Source: a virus (Duplodnaviria > Caudoviricetes). Taken from it: a DNA stretch of 64,000 nucleotides. The stretch lies in IMG/VR virus record IMGVR_UViG_3300043177_000122, positions 256,001 to 320,000 of that record, one strand, 5' to 3'. Each line of letters begins with the position of its first letter. The stretch's first letter is position 1. Below the pieces are notes generated by a model that was given only the letters and a program-made list of their open reading frames with translations, was not told where the DNA came from and searched no databases. Positions 20,301 through 29,055 of the stretch are shown in pieces. Made by a program: the position numbers and the translations under genes.

Positions 20301-22404
20301 TCAAGGTCATATTCGTGTCAGACCTCCACAGTATAATAGAATGCCTAGTTCAGTTTTTCACAGAATGATCTATTTGAAACAAGCGCTAGGAGTACAAATT
20401 TTCCCACAGTTCCTTAATTCTTTATTTACAGACCAGTTAACTACTCTTAGAACTCGTATAGAGATTATTGAAGATCAAATTAGATTAGATTGTGCCATTT
20501 TAAACAAATATTCAAGCATAGATCTATCAGGAGATCAAGAAGCTCAAAAATTTCTTACCTCAGCAAATATTACTGGCGGTATGTCTTCTACTTTCAGTTT
20601 TATTTCAGATTCTAGTGGTAGAATTACAGATATACCAAACTTGATTGATCAAGCAAACCAAGAGGCATCAGGTAATGCTCTTGGTTTAGATTTAGCTTCT
20701 TTTAAAAAAATTTCGGCTGCAGGCACATCCACTAAGCAACTATTTGCTAACTCTGAAAGATATAGTGTTCTATTTAATGCACTCCAATCTCAAAATCAAA
20801 ATCAAGATGGTATTAACGTTTCCTTAACAGCAGGTACTACTATTTTCCAAAGTACCGTTGTTCAAGACCTCATTGATAGAATTAATACAAAATCCGGGCA
20901 GCATATTGTAAGTAAAGATTATTTAACCCCAGCCCAAGCTAATCAACCAATAGAGATAGATACTGGTGAAACTATAGATCTGTTTAAGGTTACAAATGAG
21001 CTTGCTACCTATATGCAAGAATGGCAGTTTGCTGTAAAACTTTTCTATCATACTATTAAAAATTCAGCAGAATCTAGATCGCTAGATGATGGTACAACCA
21101 CTAGTAATAGTTTATTAAATCCCGGACTATTTGGTAACTCTTATATACCAGAAGTATATGAACATATGATTGAAGATGAGTCATATGATGACTATGGTCC
21201 CGGCTCTGGTAAAAGATATGTTATTAAGCGCAGCCAAATTAGAAATATAAGTATATCTGAAAATCCTCCACCTTGGACATCTGTAGAAGTACAAGGCACG
21301 CTAGAATTCTTTAAAGAAAATGAAGGCCCACCAGGATTAGATTCTTTCCCAGGTGGTGGTAATGCATTAGTGACTGCTATTGCAGTAGATTATGATATGT
21401 GGAGAAACTATGGATTCAAAAGTCCAGCAGTTGTAAAAGTTCCATTTCTAAGCGATCCGGCTTCACAATGTGGACCATACGCAAGTATGATTTTGACCCG
21501 CAATCGTTCTAATATTCTGAGAGGATCAGTTACTATTTCTGGGAATGAATATATGCAGCCGGGCGAAGTAGTCTTCATAGAAGATCGCAATTTACTATTC
21601 TATGTGAACAGTGTAAGACACTCTATGACTCAGGGATCCGGATTCACAACTACATTAGAGTTAACATATGGTCATAGTATTGGAGAATATATTCCAACTT
21701 ATATGGATACAATTGGTAAGTTAATATACAAGAATAGAGAAGTTGTAGCTACTATTATTCAAAGACAAGATTCATCTGCCCCAGAACAAAATATTGGAGT
21801 TGTACAACTAGACCCAAAAAATAAAGGCGCACCAATTACTTTTACTGGTAACAAAGGTGATTTCGTTAGTAGTTTTTCAGAATCTAATACCACAGTTATT
21901 AACAATATTTTGTATAACACAGCTTATTTAATTAGAGCTAATGGTACTAAAGGAAATAATATTAAAACTAAAGTTGAGCTTAGAGTATATCATGATTCGA
22001 AAACTGGTGTTGATAGTCAGCTACTCAAGCAAGCTAATGGTGTTATGCAAATGTTAACTGGTGTTTCACAGGGACCAGTTAATTTCTTTGGACAGAATCA
22101 GCCAGTCCAAAATTTTACACTGGATAAAAAATGGGTAGAAATAGTGAAAGTTAATATTGATGATGAAGAAGATAGACGCTCTCCATCTCAAAAAGCTATT
22201 GATGCAGCTAGAAATCAAATGGCAGGCGCGAGTACGAATACTGGTTCTATTAGTTCATCTAATCCAGTTGGTAATGATGATGGAACTAATACAAATACTA
22301 TATCTCCAGATAATAGATCATTAAGAAAAGTACTGTTTAGTTATATTATTGATTGTTGGATTACATTTACTCAAGTTTCAGATGAGGAAGCTAATTCAAT
22401 TTAA
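17329..22404 (+). CDS. Baseplate hub protein (gp27/gpD-like, 1691 aa)
   Basis: VFAGVVESAVD...VVDVSGKD; LEVFCDTQGHIRVRPP; C-terminal RGSVTISGNEYMQPGEVV...FYVNSVRHS...FTTTLELTYG. Confidence 0.7.
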   Translation: MSFLGDLADQISSQFNFGENTTTTLDTFANEEQTEVIKYGALGDFASKFDQSAERKYVEEGYLRRDPYNTDPKQFEILWQEPSATVLLKKRMFSSIAENYRPDFMDADEKLYYKAINILFKNKCNQISALEKLSKIQQVTAAVGNVTDQLIPLIITLGDIAKGTVFDSGSGGIFGGGNNLFGALGGNTNPFNTPDGNSFIKTTDRLKVLYGFNQTNPTTTWITDTTNLLQSTFGGGTGVIELTNFININTSTSVDLKSPGTFNISIADPYEAMLITDYDIEVALSDATNLFYNKKIFQFGVTSANEVITRQQNQLNAIRSARNASPITFKIDRDTLLGKRVRAIIDRQGVEIQFKYDPLDSLSLGGNNGVEVNDDFLRDGAIAGYDGLDTGPGYTGFPWTSNARSKSHGNSELQAFQIIIATIFQQLTLLANSAGNFTANNKSYNYARKKLRFNFSGKLIVQPMDVIHIYMNSKSQFDNKILAGLTQMFSGFGILQNINNTITSITNASDILFNPSANISVMAEKAMFVGPDFPSSLWAMVRKQFVGEHEGTHVFAGVVESAVDNWSAGRFVVDVSGKDNTIYFDQGKVNFKPGVDAFNGLIFDPLTPFQSNYDVITLNNSPPNSIPQLLEENMYLLSQTGSGSMVKYKLGALAGEKATQGNYIQDQSIDPFTGLLTRVFYAPDGLVYKWKQGIGIFTQFGSSNQINDPNLVGNPNIYAEPFAGLDVMNVLSLLITGVPYNFATYYKATSNLYGFSGDPQSRQASSHSFIQSLKNDLSKNNSLWGNFIPFKNLVMNESAIAQAMQAQLTVANANADLDSKLKKLADLQNVATAIGAVNALSSKISNTDDPTQARQVTEVQSQINNLVNDINSSISTIQKNTKYFYSQVDNSAAYDSNHFINGKNNPSDSSNRKQLRKQTNYLTRRMSYDVRANKDKNLFIVDDYYDIDYDIAAFNKSLADGVKMYSNEFTSVREKILNVADLLNLEVFCDTQGHIRVRPPQYNRMPSSVFHRMIYLKQALGVQIFPQFLNSLFTDQLTTLRTRIEIIEDQIRLDCAILNKYSSIDLSGDQEAQKFLTSANITGGMSSTFSFISDSSGRITDIPNLIDQANQEASGNALGLDLASFKKISAAGTSTKQLFANSERYSVLFNALQSQNQNQDGINVSLTAGTTIFQSTVVQDLIDRINTKSGQHIVSKDYLTPAQANQPIEIDTGETIDLFKVTNELATYMQEWQFAVKLFYHTIKNSAESRSLDDGTTTSNSLLNPGLFGNSYIPEVYEHMIEDESYDDYGPGSGKRYVIKRSQIRNISISENPPPWTSVEVQGTLEFFKENEGPPGLDSFPGGGNALVTAIAVDYDMWRNYGFKSPAVVKVPFLSDPASQCGPYASMILTRNRSNILRGSVTISGNEYMQPGEVVFIEDRNLLFYVNSVRHSMTQGSGFTTTLELTYGHSIGEYIPTYMDTIGKLIYKNREVVATIIQRQDSSAPEQNIGVVQLDPKNKGAPITFTGNKGDFVSSFSESNTTVINNILYNTAYLIRANGTKGNNIKTKVELRVYHDSKTGVDSQLLKQANGVMQMLTGVSQGPVNFFGQNQPVQNFTLDKKWVEIVKVNIDDEEDRRSPSQKAIDAARNQMAGASTNTGSISSSNPVGNDDGTNTNTISPDNRSLRKVLFSYIIDCWITFTQVSDEEANSI

Positions 22405-22412
22405 AGGATAAT

Positions 22413-24530
22413 ATGGTAGTTGGTAAACCACAGACCGGTATAAACTCATTAGATCCACCTCCAGGAATGATAAGGGACGGATCTATTGTTGGTTATAATG
22501 CCAGTACAAATACATTACAAGTACAGTTAACGGAAACACCATCTTTTAAGCCGGCCCTTCCTGTACCAGTAGTTGGATACTTTCCATTATTAGATAGTAA
22601 TGGTTTGTTTATTGGGTCTCTACCAGCAAAAAATACTCCCGTTACTGTAGCACAAGGTACCGGAGGGCAGTATCATATTGTTAATTATAAAACACAAAAC
22701 GTAGATCTTATTCCAGATCTAAAATTAGGAGAATTATTACTACATACTACTGACACCTCACGTATCAAAATGGATATGGATAGTAATATCAAAATAGGGT
22801 CTGACGTTAATAACATACATGTATTTCCGGGTAGCCAAGATTTTCCACAGAGTAATTATGTCACTATTAACATGGAGAATGAAAATCATTTTACACAAGG
22901 TTTTCGTTCCGTAGCTGGGATTGTTAAAAGAGATATCAATCCTAAACCACAAGCTGCTTCATTTAGTGGGCGCACAAAATTAGATGATGATAATTATGAT
23001 AGTGTTCTAATTCCTATTGGCTTAGACCCTAGAACAACTGCTAATAATACTCCAATTGGCCCAACCAAGAATCCAGCATTTGTAGAACACAGAGAGTTAG
23101 TGTATGAGTTTCAATATAAATCAAGAATTGACGATGATGCTTCAGAAGCTAATAAATATTTAACTACCTCTCAAGGCTCCAAGATTTTCACTACGCCTAA
23201 TCGTCGTATGAGTCGTGCCGATACGATGAGTTTAAGTTTGGTAGCCCCAAACTATTTGATGGAATCTATTAAAGGAACTGTAGTAGATATTTTTGGTAAC
23301 ATTTTAGATATCAATAGGCTTCCACTTCCAGTAGGTTTAACAGCAGATAATACTTTACGCACTACTGGTACAGTAGCAACTACCGACGCAAAAAAGTCCT
23401 TTATGAATATTAAGGCTCTTGAGAGAAAGAGCGTAGCTTTTCATTTTGAAATTAATGCTAGAAAAGACCCAAAGCCAACCAATCAAGGCACTAAGCTTAC
23501 TATCAATGATGATAACTATAATGCCAAAATTCAGCGAAGCAGATTTTCATTTGATGTTGATAAAGAGGGGCAGTTCAAATTAAATGTACCAGCATCCAGT
23601 GAGGCGGGTAATGTTCCTCTATTAGTAAGAGCAGAAAATTATTCTACCTTTGGAACTACAGATGGTGGTAATCCTAATCAACTTTGGTTTGCACCAAGTG
23701 GTCAACCAATTAGTCAAGATATTTTTGTTGATTCTTTTGCAGCTCCACAGTTAGATCCTAGTTCTGCTGAATATAATAGTACCTTTGCATTCAAACACGG
23801 ATCAATTCAGCTAATTGATGGCTCTGATAACCATGATGCTGGTCCACCAGATCGTATTAGTCAATTTGTAGAAAATAGTGTTTACAACATTAGACATGGT
23901 ACTGCTTATCATGATATTCTAAGAACATGCTCTCTACACCAAGATACAGATTCTATTCAGAGATACCAACTTGGTACTGTTGAAGATCCTATTGATACTA
24001 GCTATATTGAAAAGCTTGAAGATTTAGTTAGCACGAAAATTAAAGTATCTGGACAAGGTGCTAATGCAGGTGGTCGTAGCGGATCTATTAATTTAGATGG
24101 TTCTCTTGAAATGAATATTGGTGCTAATACTATTGATAGACAATCTTTTTGGTTAGATACTGCTGGAGGAGTAGTAGCTAATATCGGCAGGGATCGTAAT
24201 AATAGAAGTGCCATGGTTAATTTTGATGGTGATGTATATATTCAAGTTGGTGGATTTGGTATTGCCGCAAGTGATGAAAGATTTAAGAATAAAGATGGTG
24301 CATGGATTTCTACTTTAGACCTTAGGGTATTTGCTGGTGGTTTTGCTCATATGTTTAGAGTTGATCCTTTTGGAGTCACCGTGCTAACTCCTCAGTCTAT
24401 TAATCTATACGCAGCTCAAGGAATTAATATGAAGAGTGATGGGCCTATTTATATTGATTCTGATATGCTGTATCTAAATCATAGGCTAGTAAATCCACCA
24501 GGCGCACCTGGAGTTTCCACATCTATTTGA
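22413..24530 (+). CDS. Baseplate spike (gpV/gp5-like)
   Basis: N-terminal OB-fold-like GSIVGYNASTNTLQVQL and C-terminal short beta repeats (SINLDGSLEMNIG...QSINLYAAQGINMKSDGPIYIDS). Follows the hub. Confidence 0.6.
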   Translation: MVVGKPQTGINSLDPPPGMIRDGSIVGYNASTNTLQVQLTETPSFKPALPVPVVGYFPLLDSNGLFIGSLPAKNTPVTVAQGTGGQYHIVNYKTQNVDLIPDLKLGELLLHTTDTSRIKMDMDSNIKIGSDVNNIHVFPGSQDFPQSNYVTINMENENHFTQGFRSVAGIVKRDINPKPQAASFSGRTKLDDDNYDSVLIPIGLDPRTTANNTPIGPTKNPAFVEHRELVYEFQYKSRIDDDASEANKYLTTSQGSKIFTTPNRRMSRADTMSLSLVAPNYLMESIKGTVVDIFGNILDINRLPLPVGLTADNTLRTTGTVATTDAKKSFMNIKALERKSVAFHFEINARKDPKPTNQGTKLTINDDNYNAKIQRSRFSFDVDKEGQFKLNVPASSEAGNVPLLVRAENYSTFGTTDGGNPNQLWFAPSGQPISQDIFVDSFAAPQLDPSSAEYNSTFAFKHGSIQLIDGSDNHDAGPPDRISQFVENSVYNIRHGTAYHDILRTCSLHQDTDSIQRYQLGTVEDPIDTSYIEKLEDLVSTKIKVSGQGANAGGRSGSINLDGSLEMNIGANTIDRQSFWLDTAGGVVANIGRDRNNRSAMVNFDGDVYIQVGGFGIAASDERFKNKDGAWISTLDLRVFAGGFAHMFRVDPFGVTVLTPQSINLYAAQGINMKSDGPIYIDSDMLYLNHRLVNPPGAPGVSTSI

Positions 24531-24535
24531 TATAG

Positions 24536-24550
24536 CTGGATATATAAATA
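24536..24550 (+). promoter_or_regulatory. Degenerate motif copy CTGGATATATAAATA
   Basis: One mismatch to CTTGATATATAA. TATAAA ends 6 nt before ATG 24555 and there is no SD. Confidence 0.45.
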
Positions 24551-24554
24551 GACA

Positions 24555-26750
24555 ATGTGTCCCTGCAATCCGAATAATGTCTCATTACCATCACCATCTG
24601 GCCCTAGTGGCCCATCTATGCCAGGATTTGGTATACCTTCTTCTTTACCAATCCCAGCCATTCCATATCCTGATGGATTCCCAGAAGATTTACTAGACAT
24701 TATGAATAAGCTACAAATGCTTATTCCACCCGGAGCATTAAAGCCTCAGCTAAATCCTAATTTTTGCAAAGACATTTATGATGGCATTATGAAACTACTT
24801 GATCAGTTTATGCCATTCTTAATGTTATACAAGTTCTTTTTGCCAATTTTAAATCTTATTATTTGTATTATTGAGGTGCTATGTGCGCTAATGAATCCAT
24901 TTGCGCTAATTTCTGCTTTAAACAGATTATTCACTCAATGTATTCCAGAATTCTTGAACCTGTTCCCCATATTTGCTCTTATCTTAATGATAATTTCACT
25001 GCTATTATTGTTATTAGCTTTAATTTCATATATCATTAATCAAATTCTAAAGCTCATTAAGTCAATTTTAAGAAACATCAATGCATTATTTAAAGCCTTT
25101 AATGCGGCTAATGCTACTAGCGTATTAACTATTGCTAAAAAGCTTGGCGCCCTACTGTGTATCTTCCAAAACCTTTTTGTTCTATTAGCTCTGTTTGCGA
25201 TTATTATCCAAGTCATTAAAGATATTTTAAGCTTAATCTTCTCTATTCCTCCATGTGATGGCGGAGGCCCAGGAAGCACCGATGGTTGTTGTGCTGCAAC
25301 ATACTGCCCAACTATTGTACAAGGACAAATTAACAACAAAACGGGCACATTACAGTATTTGCCACAAGCTGGATATCAAACTAGTGTTGCACTTGGCTCT
25401 CTATTTCTAACTTCTGATTTACGAACAGAAAGTTGGCAATTATTTGATGCTCAACAAAGTCAAGCACAAGCGTTTTACAACATTGTGGATGCTTTTGATG
25501 TGTCACCAACAGTTATACCAAAGCCAGTATACTTTCCAACAGATGCCAGTTATTCTGCCACTACTCCACCAGGTCAAGCCGCTTATACAGTTGATTTAAG
25601 AATGTTCTATAATCCCGCACAATGGGGTCGCGATGGGGATCCTCAGTACATTAGATTTAAAGACTGTATAGTTTTGAAGGTTCCATCACAAACCTTAAAT
25701 ACTTACGATAATGGAACTTCCAACAGAACAACCGGAGTATTGGCTATTGCTGGAGGACTAGGATATCTAGATGATGGTAAAACAAAACTAACTGGTTTTG
25801 CACCAGATGGGATTACTCCAATTGCTGACCAAGCTACTCTGAATAATTTTATTCACAAAGAAGCTCAATTCTCTACAAATCCAGTTTTGACTCCAAATGA
25901 TGGTTACACATTCTTTGATATGGAATATACATTCAAACCAAATCTTCCGGTGCTATTACAGAAGAATTTAGTTAATGCTAGATGTATGCCATCTATTGCT
26001 CAAAATCAACAATTTTTAAGCACTGTAGTATTTTCTCAAGTAGGATTCCAAGCTGCCGCACTCGCAGACCAAGTAAATGGAAGGAATGGAAGAACATTCC
26101 CTGATCCTAATGCAGCATTGGAGTGTTTGAACACTGCAACATCTAATTTGCGTTCTAATTTAACGGTTCAAGGTGTTGCGGACTTTCAAACTAGTTGTTT
26201 AACATGTTTAGGGAAATTGGAACAAGATACAAAGGATGCTATATTTGGATTGATTGGCATTGGGTTTAATCCGTGCAAAAGTACATTTAGCATGACTCCA
26301 TTAACACAGTTTACTACGGCTCCAATTGTAGTTACTGTTAATATTAATGAAAATGGCGGATTACCAATTACCAATGGTATACCTACTGATGTCGCAGAAA
26401 ATATTGCAAGAAACATTGTGGCTACGCCAACTGTTGGTACTGTGAGCGCATTCTCATATGATGGATATCAGGCATTTACCGCCAATCTAACAAGTCCAAA
26501 TCCTGGTAAAGGAGAAATTATGGTTTCTTTCTTAAACCAAGTATTCTGTACCAATACATTTGGCACATTAAATGATGCTACAGGTGAACTAACTACGGCG
26601 CCATCTCACGTTCTTCAAAAATTGAACTATGAATTCGTCTTCTCTCCACAAGCTCCAGACAATATTCCACTCACTGGCGAAGGCGATACCACTGGTACAC
26701 AGCCACGTCGTGATGCTGGTGATTTACTTAGAGATAAGGATAATAGCTAA
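24555..26750 (+). CDS. Cys-rich, multi-TM-like protein in the baseplate module
   Basis: About 150 aa of hydrophobic helices (e.g. IFALILMIISLLLLLLALISYII), MCPC start and CCAATYC cluster. Confidence 0.6.
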   Translation: MCPCNPNNVSLPSPSGPSGPSMPGFGIPSSLPIPAIPYPDGFPEDLLDIMNKLQMLIPPGALKPQLNPNFCKDIYDGIMKLLDQFMPFLMLYKFFLPILNLIICIIEVLCALMNPFALISALNRLFTQCIPEFLNLFPIFALILMIISLLLLLLALISYIINQILKLIKSILRNINALFKAFNAANATSVLTIAKKLGALLCIFQNLFVLLALFAIIIQVIKDILSLIFSIPPCDGGGPGSTDGCCAATYCPTIVQGQINNKTGTLQYLPQAGYQTSVALGSLFLTSDLRTESWQLFDAQQSQAQAFYNIVDAFDVSPTVIPKPVYFPTDASYSATTPPGQAAYTVDLRMFYNPAQWGRDGDPQYIRFKDCIVLKVPSQTLNTYDNGTSNRTTGVLAIAGGLGYLDDGKTKLTGFAPDGITPIADQATLNNFIHKEAQFSTNPVLTPNDGYTFFDMEYTFKPNLPVLLQKNLVNARCMPSIAQNQQFLSTVVFSQVGFQAAALADQVNGRNGRTFPDPNAALECLNTATSNLRSNLTVQGVADFQTSCLTCLGKLEQDTKDAIFGLIGIGFNPCKSTFSMTPLTQFTTAPIVVTVNINENGGLPITNGIPTDVAENIARNIVATPTVGTVSAFSYDGYQAFTANLTSPNPGKGEIMVSFLNQVFCTNTFGTLNDATGELTTAPSHVLQKLNYEFVFSPQAPDNIPLTGEGDTTGTQPRRDAGDLLRDKDNS

Positions 26751-28567
26751 TGGCTGAAAGACCACAGAGTGCATTTCAAAATAACTCAAATTTTGATCCT
26801 GACATCCCAAAAATGTATAAGCACTTTGTAACTGGTGGTAGTACACCGGGTGACAATGAGGCTGGTGAGAATGTTGGTATTGATGATTTGAGAGGACAGA
26901 TTAGTATTGGTGTTACCGGCCAAACCACTAAAAATCTTATTGCCTCTCTAAATATCAGTCCAACTTCTAAGACGCCTGCACCTAGTGCTAATACTTCTAC
27001 TCCAGTACAGCTAGTACAAGAAAGTAGATGCCACACATTTTTCCGTATTTTAGGATTTCCAGTTATCAATAAAGATAAAAGCGCATTCTACAATCCTGGA
27101 CTGGACGTAGTTAAAATACCTGGTGTTACTAGAAAAATTTCCTTAGCCACTAAAATTCAAATTGCTAGTAACATAGACCCTAAGTTTGAGGCACTATCAC
27201 AAGTTAGAGAATCCTACGCTAACAATACTTTACGTGTGTTTAATGTGCCCACTTCAGTGGAAGCCGGAGTTTTATCACTAATGTCTGGTACGTATGGCGA
27301 AAATGGTGCACCTAATCTACGTAAGTTTACATCAGATTCATTTAAGAATGGGGATGATTCGTTTGATTTTGAAGTTAATAATCAAGTCAACAATATAAGT
27401 ATTTTTTCTACCTATAGTTTAGTAGGAGATAATAAGATACTATTAGCGGATTATCAAGATTCTAGCGGTAGAAAACCTAACGCTTCCATTACTAATCCTA
27501 GTGTATTTCAACAACATTTTCATATTATAAAACCATTCATGGTGGATCCTCGTATTGACTTTAGCATTTGGTCTAACGAGTCCAAAACTTCTACTGGTCT
27601 ATCAAAAAGAGTAGCAGTTCCATTTGTTCCAAATGCTAAATATCTAAAAGCAAATAGTACGTCATTTTGTGAGCGCCCGCTTCTAGAAAAAATTATTACT
27701 GAGAGATTCTCTCAGTTTAACAGTATAGATTCTGGAACGGCCACTACTAACATCGTCAATTATGTTAAAGAGGTTAAGAGTATTCAAACTATTAATATTG
27801 GTGATGTAACCATTAGTCAACTATTCAGTAATAGTATTTATAAGCTGTCTGAACAAGCCGCTTTTGCACAATACTTATCTATTATTAGGGCGATGATGTA
27901 CAAGCTGTCTAAAGCCATTCACACAATATACGCTGTACAAGGAGATTATTATTGGTTACCAGTACCATCTACACTGGGCCCTGAGAATGGTTCAGGTGCT
28001 CGCGCTGTACCACTTAATGAAAATGTATCCTTAGATTTAGTGACATCATATGATTTTGATATTGCTTTTAATCAAGCACGAGTCTTAATGTCTAATATAA
28101 ATGCTAATGTATTTCAAGCCAATACTAAACCGGACCGTGGTGGGTTTGCTTTTAACGCCTTCTTTAACCATAAGTTACCGTTTGATAGCAGCGCATCAGA
28201 TGCCCAAGGCAATGTTAGTGCGCAAACTCAAGAAACATTAGACTCTATAAGACTAAAACATCTTGATAATGCTTCTAAGGCATTGCAGGTAGTAGAAATG
28301 ATTATGGGCGAGTTTAGTGGGTTTGGCCTTTGTGATATTATTGCGATTATGGGTGCTTTATATGTAATGCCTAAAGAAGATTTATTAGGTTTTTTGGATG
28401 ATGATGCAATTGTTCGTGCTGAAAATTCTCTTAAACAACCTTTAGCGGGCCAGAGGCCTAATATTCAAGACGCTCTAGACTCTTTAACTAAGACAGTCAA
28501 AGGGTTCTATCAGATTATGGACCAGGTTTTTCAAGACCAATTTCATAATAACGGCCCAGAGATTTAA
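26750..28567 (+). CDS. Hypothetical virion/baseplate protein (605 aa)
   Basis: Long ORF coupled (TAATG) inside the baseplate module. No motif recognised. Confidence 0.55.
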   Translation: MAERPQSAFQNNSNFDPDIPKMYKHFVTGGSTPGDNEAGENVGIDDLRGQISIGVTGQTTKNLIASLNISPTSKTPAPSANTSTPVQLVQESRCHTFFRILGFPVINKDKSAFYNPGLDVVKIPGVTRKISLATKIQIASNIDPKFEALSQVRESYANNTLRVFNVPTSVEAGVLSLMSGTYGENGAPNLRKFTSDSFKNGDDSFDFEVNNQVNNISIFSTYSLVGDNKILLADYQDSSGRKPNASITNPSVFQQHFHIIKPFMVDPRIDFSIWSNESKTSTGLSKRVAVPFVPNAKYLKANSTSFCERPLLEKIITERFSQFNSIDSGTATTNIVNYVKEVKSIQTINIGDVTISQLFSNSIYKLSEQAAFAQYLSIIRAMMYKLSKAIHTIYAVQGDYYWLPVPSTLGPENGSGARAVPLNENVSLDLVTSYDFDIAFNQARVLMSNINANVFQANTKPDRGGFAFNAFFNHKLPFDSSASDAQGNVSAQTQETLDSIRLKHLDNASKALQVVEMIMGEFSGFGLCDIIAIMGALYVMPKEDLLGFLDDDAIVRAENSLKQPLAGQRPNIQDALDSLTKTVKGFYQIMDQVFQDQFHNNGPEI

Positions 28568-28614
28568 TTGGGCGATTTGCTTAATAATTTCACATCATAG
28601 AGTGGAGTATAGAT

Positions 28615-29046
28615 ATGTCTTTTGATCTGAAAATAGTGAATGGCGATTTGGTTATTAATCAGGGCGCCCTCCGGACTGTAGTGGATAGCGAAAAGCTTAT
28701 TCAAGACATTCTTAAGATTTGTTTGACTGATGTTGGAGCTAATCCATTACATCCATCCTATGGTTCATTTTTGTCCAGATCTGTTGTTGGAAATCCACTT
28801 CAGACAAATGTAGTAGTGCAAATTGCTAAATCACAATTAAATAATTGTCTTACAAATCTTCAACAATTACAACAACTACAAGTTAAATCGTTCCAAAAAG
28901 TAAGTGCGGATGAACAACTTGCAGCAATTACAGGTATATCTATAGTAAAGAGCGCTTTTGATCCTAGACTCTTTACTGTTAAGATAAGTTGTTTAACTAA
29001 GGGGTTTCAGCCAATTACCACCGCTTTTACTATCTCAACAATCTGA
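28615..29046 (+). CDS. Baseplate wedge / sheath initiator, gp25-like
   Basis: DLKIVNGDLVI...KLIQDILKICLTDVGANPLHPSYGS is the typical gp25/gpW motif. Confidence 0.8.
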   Translation: MSFDLKIVNGDLVINQGALRTVVDSEKLIQDILKICLTDVGANPLHPSYGSFLSRSVVGNPLQTNVVVQIAKSQLNNCLTNLQQLQQLQVKSFQKVSADEQLAAITGISIVKSAFDPRLFTVKISCLTKGFQPITTAFTISTI

Positions 29047-29055
29047 GGATAATTT

